DNA of 32,000 nucleotides from Pseudomonas aeruginosa (GCF_001457615.1 NZ_LN831024.1:1230001-1262000); one strand, 5' to 3'. Shown: positions 1 through 9,717, counted from the stretch's first letter. Made by a program: numbers and translations. The notes: generated by a model from the letters alone, not told the origin.

Positions 1-1
1 G

Positions 2-466
2 CTGCACTACGACAAGCGCCATCTGTTCCGCATGGCCGGCGAACACGAGCACTACAGTCCCGGCGAACGCCAGGAACTGTTCGAACTCAAGGGCTGGCGG
101 GTGCGCCCGCTGATCTGCTACGACCTGCGTTTCCCGGTGTGGAGCCGCGACCCGCACGACACCGACCTGTTGCTCTACACCGCCAACTGGCCCGCGCCTC
201 GTCGACAGCACTGGAACCGCCTGCTGCCGGCGCGGGCGATCGAGAACCTTTGCTACGTGGTGGCGGTGAACCGTATCGGCGAAGACGGCAACGCCTTGCG
301 CTACGCTGGGGATAGCCAGGTCCTGGACTTCCAGGGCGACAGCCTGTTCAACGCGGCGGACGCCGACGGCGTGTTCCGCGTCCGGCTGGACGCGGCGGCA
401 CTGGCGGCCTATCGCCAGCGTTTCCCGGCCTACATGGACGCGGATCGCTTCGAAATCCATCCTTGA
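2..466 (+). CDS. Carbon-nitrogen hydrolase (nitrilase superfamily, YafV/omega-amidase-like), 3' portion; 5' end outside window
   Basis: Frame is open from base 2 (LHYDKRHLFRMAGEHEHYSPGE...) through the track ORF 32..466; catalytic Cys motif LICYDLRFPVWSR; ends TGA at 464-466. Confidence 0.88.
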   Translation: MHYDKRHLFRMAGEHEHYSPGERQELFELKGWRVRPLICYDLRFPVWSRDPHDTDLLLYTANWPAPRRQHWNRLLPARAIENLCYVVAVNRIGEDGNALRYAGDSQVLDFQGDSLFNAADADGVFRVRLDAAALAAYRQRFPAYMDADRFEIHP

Positions 467-599
467 GTGCCGGAACGTCCGCTTCCGGTCGATGTCCGAG
501 GCCATGACCCGGCGCTGCGCATGATGGCGCAGTGCCGGGAATGGAGTTACCCGTATCCCGCGGCGCCGCGCCGTGGGCATCAGATCAGGAGGAAGACCA

Positions 600-1187
600 A
601 TGGGACTGCTCGATTCGATTCTCGGTTCGGCGCTGGGTGGCTCTGAAGGACAGGGAGGTGCTCGCGATCCGAAAGTGGCCCTGTTGATCGGGCTGGTGAC
701 CATGCTGATGTCGCGCCAGGGCGGTGCGGCACAGGGCGGTGGCGATGGCGGTGGTCTGCTCGGTTCGCTGGGCAGCATCCTTGGTGGTGCCGGCGGCGGG
801 GCCGCGAGCGGCGGGCTGGGTGGCGTCCTCGGCGATCTGCTCGGTGGCGCCGCGGGCGGTGCCGGGCAGGCGGCGCCGGGCGTGGAGGCCGGCTCACTGG
901 GCGGACTCGGCGGGTTGTTCCAGATGCTCCAGAACGCAGGCCTGGGCGATGCCCTGAATTCCTGGATCGGCGGTGGGCCGAACCAGTCGGTGTCGGCGGC
1001 GGACATTTCCCGGGTCTTCGGCGACGGTCAATTGCAGCAACTGGCGGACTCCGCCGGAGTCAGCCAGGGCGAGGCGGCCGAACACCTGAGCAGCCTGCTG
1101 CCGGAACTGGTCAACAAGCTGACGCCGGACGGCCAGGCGCCGCAGGGCGACCTGGACATCGGTTCGCTGCTGGCGCGCTTCAGCTAA
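600..1187 (+). CDS. YidB family / DUF937 protein
   Basis: MGLLDSILGSALGG... start preceded by AGGAGG; Gly-rich N-terminus and conserved LG.ALNSWIGGGPNQSVS...L...F motif. Track ORF starts 9 codons earlier at 573. Confidence 0.8.
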   Translation: MGLLDSILGSALGGSEGQGGARDPKVALLIGLVTMLMSRQGGAAQGGGDGGGLLGSLGSILGGAGGGAASGGLGGVLGDLLGGAAGGAGQAAPGVEAGSLGGLGGLFQMLQNAGLGDALNSWIGGGPNQSVSAADISRVFGDGQLQQLADSAGVSQGEAAEHLSSLLPELVNKLTPDGQAPQGDLDIGSLLARFS

Positions 1188-1204
1188 GGCTTTCCCGTCG
1201 ATGC

Positions 1205-1237
1205 GGAGCGGATAGCCGCGATACGGTTATCCGCTCC
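1205..1237. repeat. Near-perfect palindromic hairpin between convergent genes (candidate REP-like element or bidirectional terminator)
   Basis: GGAGCGGATAGCCG-CGATA-CGGTTATCCGCTCC: 14-position stem with one G.T pair and 5-nt loop. Confidence 0.6.
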
Positions 1238-1274
1238 ACTCAACGGGGCGAGGCCGCCCTCGACGGCAGGTCGG

Positions 1275-2225
1275 TCAATAGGCGCTGGCGCTGTCCAGGC
1301 GGTGGATCGCCTGTTCGTCGAGCTTCAGGTGGGTGGCGGCGATCAGGTCGTCGAGCTGTTCCAGGCTGGTGGCGCTGGCGATCGGCGCGGTCACCGTCGG
1401 ACGAGCGATGAGCCAGGCCAGGGCGACCTGGGTCGGGTTGGCGTTGTACTGCTCGGCCACTTCGTCGAGCGCCGCGAGGATGGCCACGCCGCGCTCGTTG
1501 AGATAACCCTTCACCTTCTCTCCCCGGGCTCGCCCGGCGGTGTCGGCCTGGTTGCGGTACTTGCCGCTGAGGAAGCCGCTGGCCAGCGAGTAGTAGCTGA
1601 TCACCCCGATACCGAGTTCTTCCACCGTCGGCTCCAGGTTGGTCTCGTAGTCGGCGCGATCGTACAGGTTGTATTCGGGTTGCAGGCTCTGGTAGCTCGG
1701 CAGGTTAAGCCGGGCGCTGACCTGGCGTGCTTCGAGGAGGCGCCGGGCGTCGTAGTTGGAGGCGCCGATGACCCGTACCTTGCCTTTCTTGATCAGTTCG
1801 CCATAGGTGGAAAGGGTTTCCTCCAGGTCGGTGTGGGGATCGTCGGTGTGCGACTGGTAGAGGTCCAGGTAGTCGGTCTGCAGGCGTCGTAGCGAGCGCT
1901 CCAGGGCCTGCTCGATATAGGCGGCGGAGAGACCTTTGTGGCCATTGCCCATGTCCATCCCGACCTTGCTGGCGATCACCATGCGGTCGCGTTTGCCGGT
2001 GCGTTTCAGCCACTTGCCGATGAGGGTTTCCGACTCGCCGCCCTGGTGCCCGGGAACCCAGCGCGAATAGACGTCGGCGGTGTCGATGCAGTTCAGGCCG
2101 GCGTCGAGCAGGGCGTCCAGCAGCCTGAAGGAGGTGCTTTCGTCGGCAGTCCAGCCGAAGACGTTGCCGCCGAATACCAGTGCCGGTATCTCCAGGCCGG
2201 AGTTGCCGAGTTTGCGTGTGGTCAT
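1275..2225 (-). CDS. Aldo/keto reductase
   Basis: MTTRKLGNSGLEIPALVFGGNVFGW..., LDAGLNCIDTADVYS, TPIASATSLEQL; 316 aa complete ORF. Confidence 0.9.
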   Translation of the reverse strand: MTTRKLGNSGLEIPALVFGGNVFGWTADESTSFRLLDALLDAGLNCIDTADVYSRWVPGHQGGESETLIGKWLKRTGKRDRMVIASKVGMDMGNGHKGLSAAYIEQALERSLRRLQTDYLDLYQSHTDDPHTDLEETLSTYGELIKKGKVRVIGASNYDARRLLEARQVSARLNLPSYQSLQPEYNLYDRADYETNLEPTVEELGIGVISYYSLASGFLSGKYRNQADTAGRARGEKVKGYLNERGVAILAALDEVAEQYNANPTQVALAWLIARPTVTAPIASATSLEQLDDLIAATHLKLDEQAIHRLDSASAY

Positions 2226-2405
2226 GCGTCATCCCTCCTGAGTGCGGTCCTGTGTGGGCGCTTTCGTTCGCACGTCTTGCTGTGACTCCCGGCGGGTGCG
2301 GAATGTTCAGCCGGCGCGCAGCGTCCTATAGACTCTGCCGGTTGCCGGGATTTTCCAATGCCGGCCCTGGTAAAGCTTCAGTAAATATCCGCAGGGAGCA
2401 CACGC

Positions 2406-2861
2406 ATGAACAGCGACACCGAGAATCCGTTCCGCCCACCGGAGGCCCGCCTGGACGAGCCTGACGCCACCCATGGCGAGCCGCTGTACAGGCTTTCCGC
2501 GATCGGTCTGGGTACCTTCATCGGCACGCCCCTGGCCGGTGCCTTCCTCGCGGCGGTGAATCTCCGTCGCCTGGGACGGGCGCAGGAAGTCGGGAAAACC
2601 TGGCTGGTCGGCCTCTGCCTGTTTGTCCTGCTGCCAGTTCTGGGCGCGATACTGCCGGAGAACATCCCCTCGATCGGCTTCACGGTGGCGCAGATATTCG
2701 GCATGGTCTACTACGCCAAATCAGCCTTCGGTCCGGCCCTGGACAGCCACAAGGCAGCGGGCGGAGCGTTCATTTCCAACTGGCGGGCGGCGGGGATCGG
2801 CCTGCTGTTCATGTTGGTGGTCCTGTCGGTAGCGATCCCGGTGGTGATGCTGGTGGTGTGA
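2406..2861 (+). CDS. Hypothetical multi-helix membrane protein
   Basis: Complete 151-aa ORF with several hydrophobic segments, preceded by GGGAG ~7-10 nt upstream of ATG. Confidence 0.7.
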   Translation: MNSDTENPFRPPEARLDEPDATHGEPLYRLSAIGLGTFIGTPLAGAFLAAVNLRRLGRAQEVGKTWLVGLCLFVLLPVLGAILPENIPSIGFTVAQIFGMVYYAKSAFGPALDSHKAAGGAFISNWRAAGIGLLFMLVVLSVAIPVVMLVV

Positions 2862-2914
2862 GGGGCAGCCCGCGCTTTGCCTTATCATGAGTTCTTTATC
2901 CGCGATGACTGGCC

Positions 2915-3247
2915 ATGACTACACAACGCTACCTGCTCGATGAACTGGAAACCGCCGACATGCTCGAGATCGACGGTCTGCACGCCTGGCGCTTCGAACT
3001 CAACGAGAACCTGCTGGACCAGGCGGACCTGGCGGCGGAAGCCGACCAGCCGTTCGCCAGCGAAGACTGGGTGCTGGCGGTGGAAAGCCTGGATGGACGC
3101 ACCCGTCGCGAGTGGCGTTTTTCCTACAACGCGGTGATGGAAGCCGAGCCCCAGGCCGATGGCGAGTCCTGGCGCCTGACCACAGGGGAGGGGGCGTACC
3201 AGCTCCGTTGCCTGGGAGCGGTCAGCGCCAGCGGCGAGGATGAGTGA
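2915..3247 (+). CDS. Conserved hypothetical acidic protein
   Basis: Complete 110-aa ORF (MTTQRYLLDELETADMLEIDGLHAWRFELNEN...), 54 bp downstream of the previous CDS in the same direction and ending at a terminator. Confidence 0.65.
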   Translation: MTTQRYLLDELETADMLEIDGLHAWRFELNENLLDQADLAAEADQPFASEDWVLAVESLDGRTRREWRFSYNAVMEAEPQADGESWRLTTGEGAYQLRCLGAVSASGEDE

Positions 3248-3273
3248 AGCGACTCAGCTGAAAGATGCCCATG

Positions 3274-3302
3274 AAAAAAGGGAGCCGCCTGGCTCCCTTT
3301 TT
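3274..3302. terminator. Bidirectional rho-independent terminator
   Basis: AAAAAAGGGAGCC-GCCT-GGCTCCCTTTTT between convergent CDS 2915..3247 (+) and leuA (-). Confidence 0.9.
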
Positions 3303-3316
3303 CCCTTCCGTGCCGG

Positions 3317-4987
3317 TCAGGCCGCCTTGGCCTCGGCCTGGGTCACCGCGCGGTTCAGCGCGCTGAACAGGGCGCGGAAGCTGGCGGTGGTAATGTTCTC
3401 GTCGATGCCGATGCCGTGCAGCGGGCGCTGGCCCTCCAGGCGGATCTCGATATAGGCCGCGGCCTTGGCATTGGCGCCGGCGCCGATGGCGTGCTCATGG
3501 TAGTCCATGATTTCCGCCTTGACCGGCAGGGCGGCCACCAAGGCTTCCAGCGGTCCCTTGCCGATCCCGCGCCAGTGCTGCTTCTCGCCGTCGAAGGAGA
3601 CTTCCAGGTCGACGGCGCTGGTGCCGTTCTCTTCCTGCAGGCGATGGCTGGCGAGGACGTAGGGCGAGGTCGCCTTGAGGTATTCGTTTTCCAGCAGCGA
3701 GTAGATCTGTTGTGCGGTCATTTCCAGGCCGAGACGGTCGGTCTCGCCTTGCACTACCTGGCTGAACTCGATCTGCATGCGCCGCGGCAGGCTGATGCCG
3801 TACTCCTGTTCGAGCAGGAAGGTGATGCCGCCCTTGCCGGACTGGCTGTTGACCCGGATCACCGCTTCGTAGTCGCGGCCGATGTCGGCCGGATCGATCG
3901 GCAGGTACGGCACTTCCCAGATCGCGTCTTCCTTCTGCTGGGCGAAGCCCTTGCGAATGGCATCCTGGTGCGAGCCGGAGAAAGCGGTATGGACCAGGTC
4001 GCCGACATATGGATGGCGCGGGTGGACCGGCAACTGGTTGCACTCTTCGACCACCTTGCGCACCGCGTCGATGTCGGAGAAGTCCAGTTGCGGATGCAGG
4101 CCCTGGGTGTACATGTTCAAGGCCAGGGTCACCAGGTCGACGTTGCCGGTGCGCTCGCCGTTGCCGAACAGGCAACCTTCGACGCGGTCGGCGCCGGCCA
4201 TCAGGCCCAGCTCGGTGGCGGCCACGCCGGTGCCACGGTCGTTGTGGGTGTGCAGGCTGATGATCACGCTGTCACGCTTGTCGACGTGGCGGCCGAACCA
4301 TTCGATCTGGTCGGCGTAGACGTTCGGCGTGGCGCACTCCACGGTGGCCGGCAGGTTGAGGATGATCTTGTTGTCCGGGGTCGGTTGCCAGACGTCGATC
4401 ACCGCGTTGCAGACCTCCACCGAGAACTCCAGCTCGGTAGAGCTGAAGATTTCCGGCGAGTACTGGAACGACCACTGGGTATCCGGTTGCTCGGCGGCCA
4501 GCTTCTTGATCAGTTTCGCGGCGTTGGTGGCGATGTCCACGACGCCCTGCTTGTCCTGGTTGAAGACGATGCGGCGGAACGACGGGGCGGTGGCGTTGTA
4601 GACGTGGACGATGGCCTTCTTCGCCCCGCGCAGGGATTCGAAGGTGCGGGTGATCAGGTCTTCGCGGGCCTGGGTCAGCACCTGGATGGTGACGTCGTCC
4701 GGGATGTGGTTGCCTTCGATCAACTCGCGGACGAAGTTGAAGTCGGTATCGGAAGCCGACGGGAAGGCCACTTCGATCTGCTTCAGGCCGACCTGCACCA
4801 GGGTCTTGAAGAATCGCATCTTCTTCGCCGCGTCCATCGGTTCGATCAGCGACTGGTTGCCGTCGCGCAGGTCGGAACTGCACCAGATCGGCACCTCGGT
4901 GATGGTCTTCGACGGCCAGGTGCGGTCGGGCAGATTGATGGCCGAGAATGGGCGGTATTTCTGCGAAGGGTCTTTCAACATGCTCAT
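3317..4987 (-). CDS. leuA: 2-isopropylmalate synthase
   Basis: [51 protein letters not shown]...; HTHNDRG motif; 556 aa. Track ORF extends 36 codons upstream to 5095, probably non-coding. Confidence 0.97.
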   Translation of the reverse strand: MSMLKDPSQKYRPFSAINLPDRTWPSKTITEVPIWCSSDLRDGNQSLIEPMDAAKKMRFFKTLVQVGLKQIEVAFPSASDTDFNFVRELIEGNHIPDDVTIQVLTQAREDLITRTFESLRGAKKAIVHVYNATAPSFRRIVFNQDKQGVVDIATNAAKLIKKLAAEQPDTQWSFQYSPEIFSSTELEFSVEVCNAVIDVWQPTPDNKIILNLPATVECATPNVYADQIEWFGRHVDKRDSVIISLHTHNDRGTGVAATELGLMAGADRVEGCLFGNGERTGNVDLVTLALNMYTQGLHPQLDFSDIDAVRKVVEECNQLPVHPRHPYVGDLVHTAFSGSHQDAIRKGFAQQKEDAIWEVPYLPIDPADIGRDYEAVIRVNSQSGKGGITFLLEQEYGISLPRRMQIEFSQVVQGETDRLGLEMTAQQIYSLLENEYLKATSPYVLASHRLQEENGTSAVDLEVSFDGEKQHWRGIGKGPLEALVAALPVKAEIMDYHEHAIGAGANAKAAAYIEIRLEGQRPLHGIGIDENITTASFRALFSALNRAVTQAEAKAA

Positions 4988-5064
4988 GGGGCTAATCCTT
5001 TGGAGTCGGTTCCTGGGCCGGCGGGGCCAGGCGAACGCAGTGACGAGATGAAGAGAAGCGTCGC

Positions 5065-5142
5065 TCAGCCACGCAGTCGCGGGCTGACCAGGCACAAGCA
5101 GGCGTGTTGGCGGAGCAGGATGAGGGTGTGTGGTGTTTTCAT
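5065..5142 (-). promoter_or_regulatory. Candidate leuA leader peptide [25 protein letters not shown]
   Basis: 25-codon ORF ending 77 bp upstream of leuA with 6 Leu codons plus Ile/Val; TTGCCA-17 nt-TAGTGT promoter-like boxes just upstream. No convincing U-tailed attenuator seen. Confidence 0.35.
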
Positions 5143-5466
5143 GCGTACCACACTAGTGAGACTGCATTTGAATGGCAAGCATTAAAGGAAAATTAGTAGA
5201 ATTTCCCATTTGTGCGGCTTTTGTGGGTTTTTATTCTTTCTCTGCGGTGAAAGCTTGTCCTCGATTGCGCCGCCGGCACGCTCTCCGCAACGGAAAATTC
5301 TGCGGCCCCATGCCGCAGAAGAGCCAGCCGCCCTTGTGCGATCATTTCGTTCCCCGTGCCTGGGGCGTATAACGACAGGCGCATTCTTCTTTTCGGCATG
5401 ACCCGGCGCGAGCAGCCATCCGGCCCGCTACGCGGTGGTCTTCATTCAAGACGGCGGGAGTCGCAG

Positions 5467-5928
5467 GTGGCGACCACTCTGAAACGACAAGGCATCGGTG
5501 CATGGCTGGCTCTGTTCGCCATGCTGATGATCTTCGTCGGGCCGCTGATCTCCCAGTCGATGCCGATGGACCACCCGATGCCGATGGGCGTGGGGATGGG
5601 CCACGAAGGCATGTCCCACGAGAACATGGACCATGGCGACATGGCCCATGCCGGCTGTTCCGATGCCCAGCGCTCCGTCGTCCATGCCGGCATGCCGGGG
5701 ATGGGCGGCGAGGAAGGCAATCGCCTGGCCAGCGACGTGCTCTGGGAGAAGTGCGGTTATTGCAGCCTGTTGTTCCACAGCCCGCCGCTCACCGAAGACG
5801 CCTGCCTGGCGCTGTTCTCCGTTCCCTTCGCGACGGCGCCCGCCGTCGCTTTCCTGAACGAGGCGTTCGTCGCCTCGCCGGTGTTTCCCGGCGCCCGTAC
5901 CCGTGCGCCGCCGTTCCTGATCGCCTGA
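5467..5928 (+). CDS. DUF2946 family protein, Met/His-rich (putative copper-related)
   Basis: GTG start preceded by GGGAG; MATTLKRQGIGAWLALFAMLMIFVGPLISQSMPMDHPMPMGVGMGHEGMSHENMDHGDMAHAGC...CGYCSLLFHSPPL. In-frame ATG alternatives at 5356 and 5398. Confidence 0.75.
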   Translation: MATTLKRQGIGAWLALFAMLMIFVGPLISQSMPMDHPMPMGVGMGHEGMSHENMDHGDMAHAGCSDAQRSVVHAGMPGMGGEEGNRLASDVLWEKCGYCSLLFHSPPLTEDACLALFSVPFATAPAVAFLNEAFVASPVFPGARTRAPPFLIA

Positions 5929-6048
5929 CCTCTTTCAATCCGATAGCCGCCGCTTCCTGGGGGCACCGGCGCGTCTTCGCCGCGCCGGTGACGCGAGCCT
6001 GGCCGGGTGCCTGCTCGCCGTGGGGGCGGGGCGGAAGTCACATAGATC

Positions 6049-8220
6049 ATGGAAAAACGTATGTCTACTCAACAACGAGCGGCCGGCAACGCCTGCCCGA
6101 CCGCCGCTTTCAGCTTCGACCCTGCCCGTCTCGCACAACGCCGCCGCTGGGCGGGAGCCTTCGCCGCTCTGTGCGGCCTGGCCCTGTCTCCGTCGGCGCT
6201 CCTGGCCGAGGAACACTCACAGCACCAGGATCACGCCGTGGAGCTGGCGCCGAGCGTGGTCACCGGAGTCGCCCAGAGTTCGCCGCTGACCATCGTCACC
6301 AATCCCAAGGAGCCGCGCCAACCGGTGCCGGCCAGCGATGGGGCCGACTACCTGAAGACCATTCCCGGCTTCGCGGTGATCCGCAACGGCGGCAGCAACG
6401 GCGACCCGGTGCTGCGCGGGATGTTCGGTTCGCGCCTGAACATCCTCACCAACGGCGGCATGATGCTCGGTGCCTGTCCGAACCGGATGGACGCGCCGAC
6501 CTCCTACATCTCGCCGGAAACCTACGACAAGCTCACCGTGATCAAGGGCCCGCAGACGGTGCTCTGGGGGCCGGGCGCGTCGGCCGGGACGATCCTCTTC
6601 GAGCGTGAGCCGGAGCGCTTCGGCGAACTCGGCTCGCGGGTCAACGCCAGCCTGCTGGCCGGCTCCAATGGCCGCTTCGACAAGGTGCTGGACGCCGCCG
6701 CCGGCGACCGGCTCGGCTACCTGCGCTTCACCGGCAACCACGCGCAGTCCGACGATTACGAGGACGGCGCCGGGAATACCGTGCCGTCGCGCTGGAAGAA
6801 GTGGAACGGCGACGTCGCGGTCGGCTGGACCCCCGACGAGGACACCCTGATCGAACTCACCGCCGGCAAGGGCGACGGCGAGGCACGCTACGCCGGGCGC
6901 GGCATGGACGGCTCGCAGTTCAAGCGCGAGAGCCTGGGCCTGCGCTTCGTCAAATCGAACGTCAGCGATGTGCTGGAGAAGGTCGAGGCACAGGTCTACT
7001 ACAACTACGCCGACCACATCATGGACAACTTCCGCCTGCGCACTCCCGACCCATCCAGCATGATGCCCATGCCGATGGCGTCCCAGGTGGACCGACGCAC
7101 CCTCGGCGGTCGCCTGGCGGCCACCTGGCGCTGGGACGACTTCAAGCTGGTCACCGGGGTCGACGCCATGCGCAACGAGCACCGCGCGCGCGGCTCCAAG
7201 TACGACATGATGACCGACTACTACACCGACGCCGACCAGTTCCCCTGGAGCAAGGACGCGGTGTTCCACAACTACGGGGCCTTCGGCGAACTGACCTGGT
7301 TCGCCGCCGAGCGCGACCGGCTGATCGGCGGGTTGCGCCTGGACCGCGCCTCGGTCAAGGACTACCGGCAGACCCTGAAGTCCGGGCACATGGGCCACGC
7401 CATGGCCAACCCGACGGCCAACGACACCCGCGCCGATACCCTGCCCAGCGGCTTCGTGCGCTACGAGCACGACCTCGCCGACTCGCCGACCACCCTCTAC
7501 GCCGGCCTCGGCCATGCCGAGCGCTTCCCCGACTACTGGGAGCTGTTCTCGCCCAAGCGCGGGCCGAACGGGTCGGTCAACGCCTTCGACAAGATCAAGC
7601 CGGAAAAGACCACCCAGCTCGACTTCGGCCTCCAATACAACGGCGACAAGCTGCAGGCCTGGGCCTCCGGCTACGTCGGGGTGGTCCAGGACTTCATCCT
7701 GTTCAGCTATCGCGAGGGCATGATGGGTTCCTCGACCCAGGCGACCAACGTCGACGCGCGGATCATGGGCGGCGAGCTGGGCGCTTCCTACCAGCTCACC
7801 GGCAACTGGAAGACCGACGCCAGCCTGGCCTATGCCTGGGGCAAGAACAGCTCGGACGACCGCGCGCTGCCGCAGATCCCGCCGCTGGAAGCGCGCTTCG
7901 GCCTGACCTACGAGGAAGGCGACTGGAGTGCCGGCAGCCTGTGGCGGGTGGTCGCGCCGCAGAATCGCATCGCCAGGGACCAGGGCAACGTGGTCGGCAA
8001 GGACTTCGACAAGAGCGCCGGCTTCGGCGTCTTCTCGCTCAACGGCGCCTACCGGGTGACTCGCAACGTCAAGCTGAGCGCCGGTGTCGATAACCTGTTC
8101 GACAAGGACTACACCGAGCACCTGAACAAGGCCGGCGACGCCGGCTTCGGTTTCTCCGCCAACGAAACGGTTCCCGAGCCGGGCCGGACCTTCTGGACCA
8201 AGGTCGACTTCAGCTTCTGA
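6049..8220 (+). CDS. oprC: TonB-dependent copper receptor OprC
   Basis: Sequence MEKRMSTQQRAAGNACPTAAFSFDPARLAQRRRWAGAFAALCGLALSPSALLAEEHSQHQDH...; plug-domain motifs (PGFAVIRNGGSNGDPVLRGMFGSRLNILTNGG) and C-terminal beta strand ending in aromatic F. Confidence 0.95.
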   Translation: MEKRMSTQQRAAGNACPTAAFSFDPARLAQRRRWAGAFAALCGLALSPSALLAEEHSQHQDHAVELAPSVVTGVAQSSPLTIVTNPKEPRQPVPASDGADYLKTIPGFAVIRNGGSNGDPVLRGMFGSRLNILTNGGMMLGACPNRMDAPTSYISPETYDKLTVIKGPQTVLWGPGASAGTILFEREPERFGELGSRVNASLLAGSNGRFDKVLDAAAGDRLGYLRFTGNHAQSDDYEDGAGNTVPSRWKKWNGDVAVGWTPDEDTLIELTAGKGDGEARYAGRGMDGSQFKRESLGLRFVKSNVSDVLEKVEAQVYYNYADHIMDNFRLRTPDPSSMMPMPMASQVDRRTLGGRLAATWRWDDFKLVTGVDAMRNEHRARGSKYDMMTDYYTDADQFPWSKDAVFHNYGAFGELTWFAAERDRLIGGLRLDRASVKDYRQTLKSGHMGHAMANPTANDTRADTLPSGFVRYEHDLADSPTTLYAGLGHAERFPDYWELFSPKRGPNGSVNAFDKIKPEKTTQLDFGLQYNGDKLQAWASGYVGVVQDFILFSYREGMMGSSTQATNVDARIMGGELGASYQLTGNWKTDASLAYAWGKNSSDDRALPQIPPLEARFGLTYEEGDWSAGSLWRVVAPQNRIARDQGNVVGKDFDKSAGFGVFSLNGAYRVTRNVKLSAGVDNLFDKDYTEHLNKAGDAGFGFSANETVPEPGRTFWTKVDFSF

Positions 8221-8231
8221 ACCTTCAACGA

Positions 8232-8250
8232 GGCCCCGTCCAGCGGGGCC
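8232..8250 (+). terminator. Hairpin downstream of oprC, weak terminator candidate
   Basis: GGCCCCG-TCCAG-CGGGGCC 12 bp after the oprC stop; lacks a clear U tract. Confidence 0.35.
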
Positions 8251-8284
8251 CGCCTTGCCTGTGTGCGCTCCGATGAGGTGATCC

Positions 8285-9700
8285 ATGCAATCGAACGAAA
8301 AGAACGGCCGTGACTTCTACGCGCTGGCCTGGCGCTGGCATTTCTACGCTGGCCTGTTCGTCGCGCCCTTCATGATCCTGCTGGCGCTGACCGGAATCGT
8401 CTACCTGTTCAAGCCGCAACTGGATGCGCTGCTCTATCCGCAACTGCTGCGGGTCGAGGCCGGTGCGCAGATGCGCAGCGCCGACCAGTTGCTCGCCGGG
8501 GTGCGCCAGGCGCACCCGCAGGCCGCCGTCAGCCAGTACCTGCCGCCGAGCGAGGCGGGGCGCAGCGCGCAATTCGTGATTGGCGAAGAGGGCAGGCAAT
8601 GGAACCTCTTCGTCGATCCCTACAGCGGGCGCGAACTCGGCCGCCAGGATGCGCAGCTGAATCTCCAGGCGGTGGCCCGGGCACTGCATGGCGAGCTGAT
8701 GGTCGGGACCGTCGGCGACCGGCTGATCGAGCTGGCCGCCGGCTGGGGCATCGTCCTGGTGGTCTCCGGTCTCTACCTATGGTGGCCGCGCGGGCGGGCG
8801 GCGAGCGCGCTGTTCTGGCCGCGCCTGCACCTGCGCGGACGACCGCTGTGGCGCGAGCTACATGTGCTCGCCGGTTTCTGGGGCAGCCTGCTGTTGCTCT
8901 TCATGCTGCTCAGCGGGATGACCTGGACCGGCTACTGGGGCAAGCAGTTCGCCGATGTCTGGAACCGTTTCCCGGCGGCGATGTGGAACGATGTGCCGAC
9001 CTCCGACATGCAGGCCGGTAGCCTCAACAGCGCGTCGCGCCAGCAGGTGCCCTGGCCGCTGGAGAACACTCCGCTGCCGCGCTCGCAGCCGCCGGCGGCC
9101 GACGCCCATGCCGAGCATCGCGGGCATTCCGCCCAGGCCGGGCACGCGATGCCGATGGACATGCCGATGCCGGCGGGCATCCCTCTGCAAAGGGTGGTGG
9201 ATATCGCCCGCGAGCGCGGCGTGGCGGCGGGCTACGGGATCGCCCTGCCGAGCGGGATGGAGGGGGTCTACACGATTTCCGTGTTCCCCGACGATCCGCG
9301 CCACGACGCCACCCTGCACATCGACCAGTACAGCGGCAAGGTTCTCGCCGACGTGCGTTGGCAGGACTACAACGCGGTGGCGAGGAGCGTGCAGATGGGC
9401 GTCGTGCTGCACGAAGGCAAGCTCTTCGGCCTCGGCAACCAGTTGCTGATGCTCGCGGTCTGCCTGGCGATCCTGCTCAGCTCGGCGAGCGGCCTGTGGA
9501 TCTGGTGGAAGCGCAAGCCGGCCGGACGCCTTGGCGTGCCGCCGCTGCGCCACGAGCTGCCGCGCTGGAAGAGCGGCATCGCCATCATGCTGGCGCTGGG
9601 CGTGGCCTTCCCGTTGGTGGGGGCCTCGCTCCTGCTGGTCTGGGCGCTGGACTGGCTGGTGCTGTCGCGGCTGCCGGCGGTTCGCCGGGTCCTGGCTTGA
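8285..9700 (+). CDS. PepSY-associated TM helix domain protein (PiuB/DUF4198-neighbourhood type membrane protein, possible reductase)
   Basis: ALAWRWHFYAGLFVAPFMILLALTGIVYLFKPQLD..., LHGELMVGTVGDRLIELAAGWGIVLVVSGLYLWWPR, SGMTWTGYWGK, ASGLWIWWKRKPAG. Confidence 0.85.
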   Translation: MQSNEKNGRDFYALAWRWHFYAGLFVAPFMILLALTGIVYLFKPQLDALLYPQLLRVEAGAQMRSADQLLAGVRQAHPQAAVSQYLPPSEAGRSAQFVIGEEGRQWNLFVDPYSGRELGRQDAQLNLQAVARALHGELMVGTVGDRLIELAAGWGIVLVVSGLYLWWPRGRAASALFWPRLHLRGRPLWRELHVLAGFWGSLLLLFMLLSGMTWTGYWGKQFADVWNRFPAAMWNDVPTSDMQAGSLNSASRQQVPWPLENTPLPRSQPPAADAHAEHRGHSAQAGHAMPMDMPMPAGIPLQRVVDIARERGVAAGYGIALPSGMEGVYTISVFPDDPRHDATLHIDQYSGKVLADVRWQDYNAVARSVQMGVVLHEGKLFGLGNQLLMLAVCLAILLSSASGLWIWWKRKPAGRLGVPPLRHELPRWKSGIAIMLALGVAFPLVGASLLLVWALDWLVLSRLPAVRRVLA

Positions 9701-9717
9701 GACCTGCTGCCCGGCGC

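Noticed and set aside
3416-5185. 589-aa + strand ORF opposite leuA
   Set aside because: Antisense to a clearly conserved leuA; a product of high-GC third-position bias, with low-complexity HLQAG-type sequence and no recognisable domain.
6217-8286. 689-aa - strand ORF opposite oprC
   Set aside because: Mirror-frame artefact over a well-supported TonB receptor gene.
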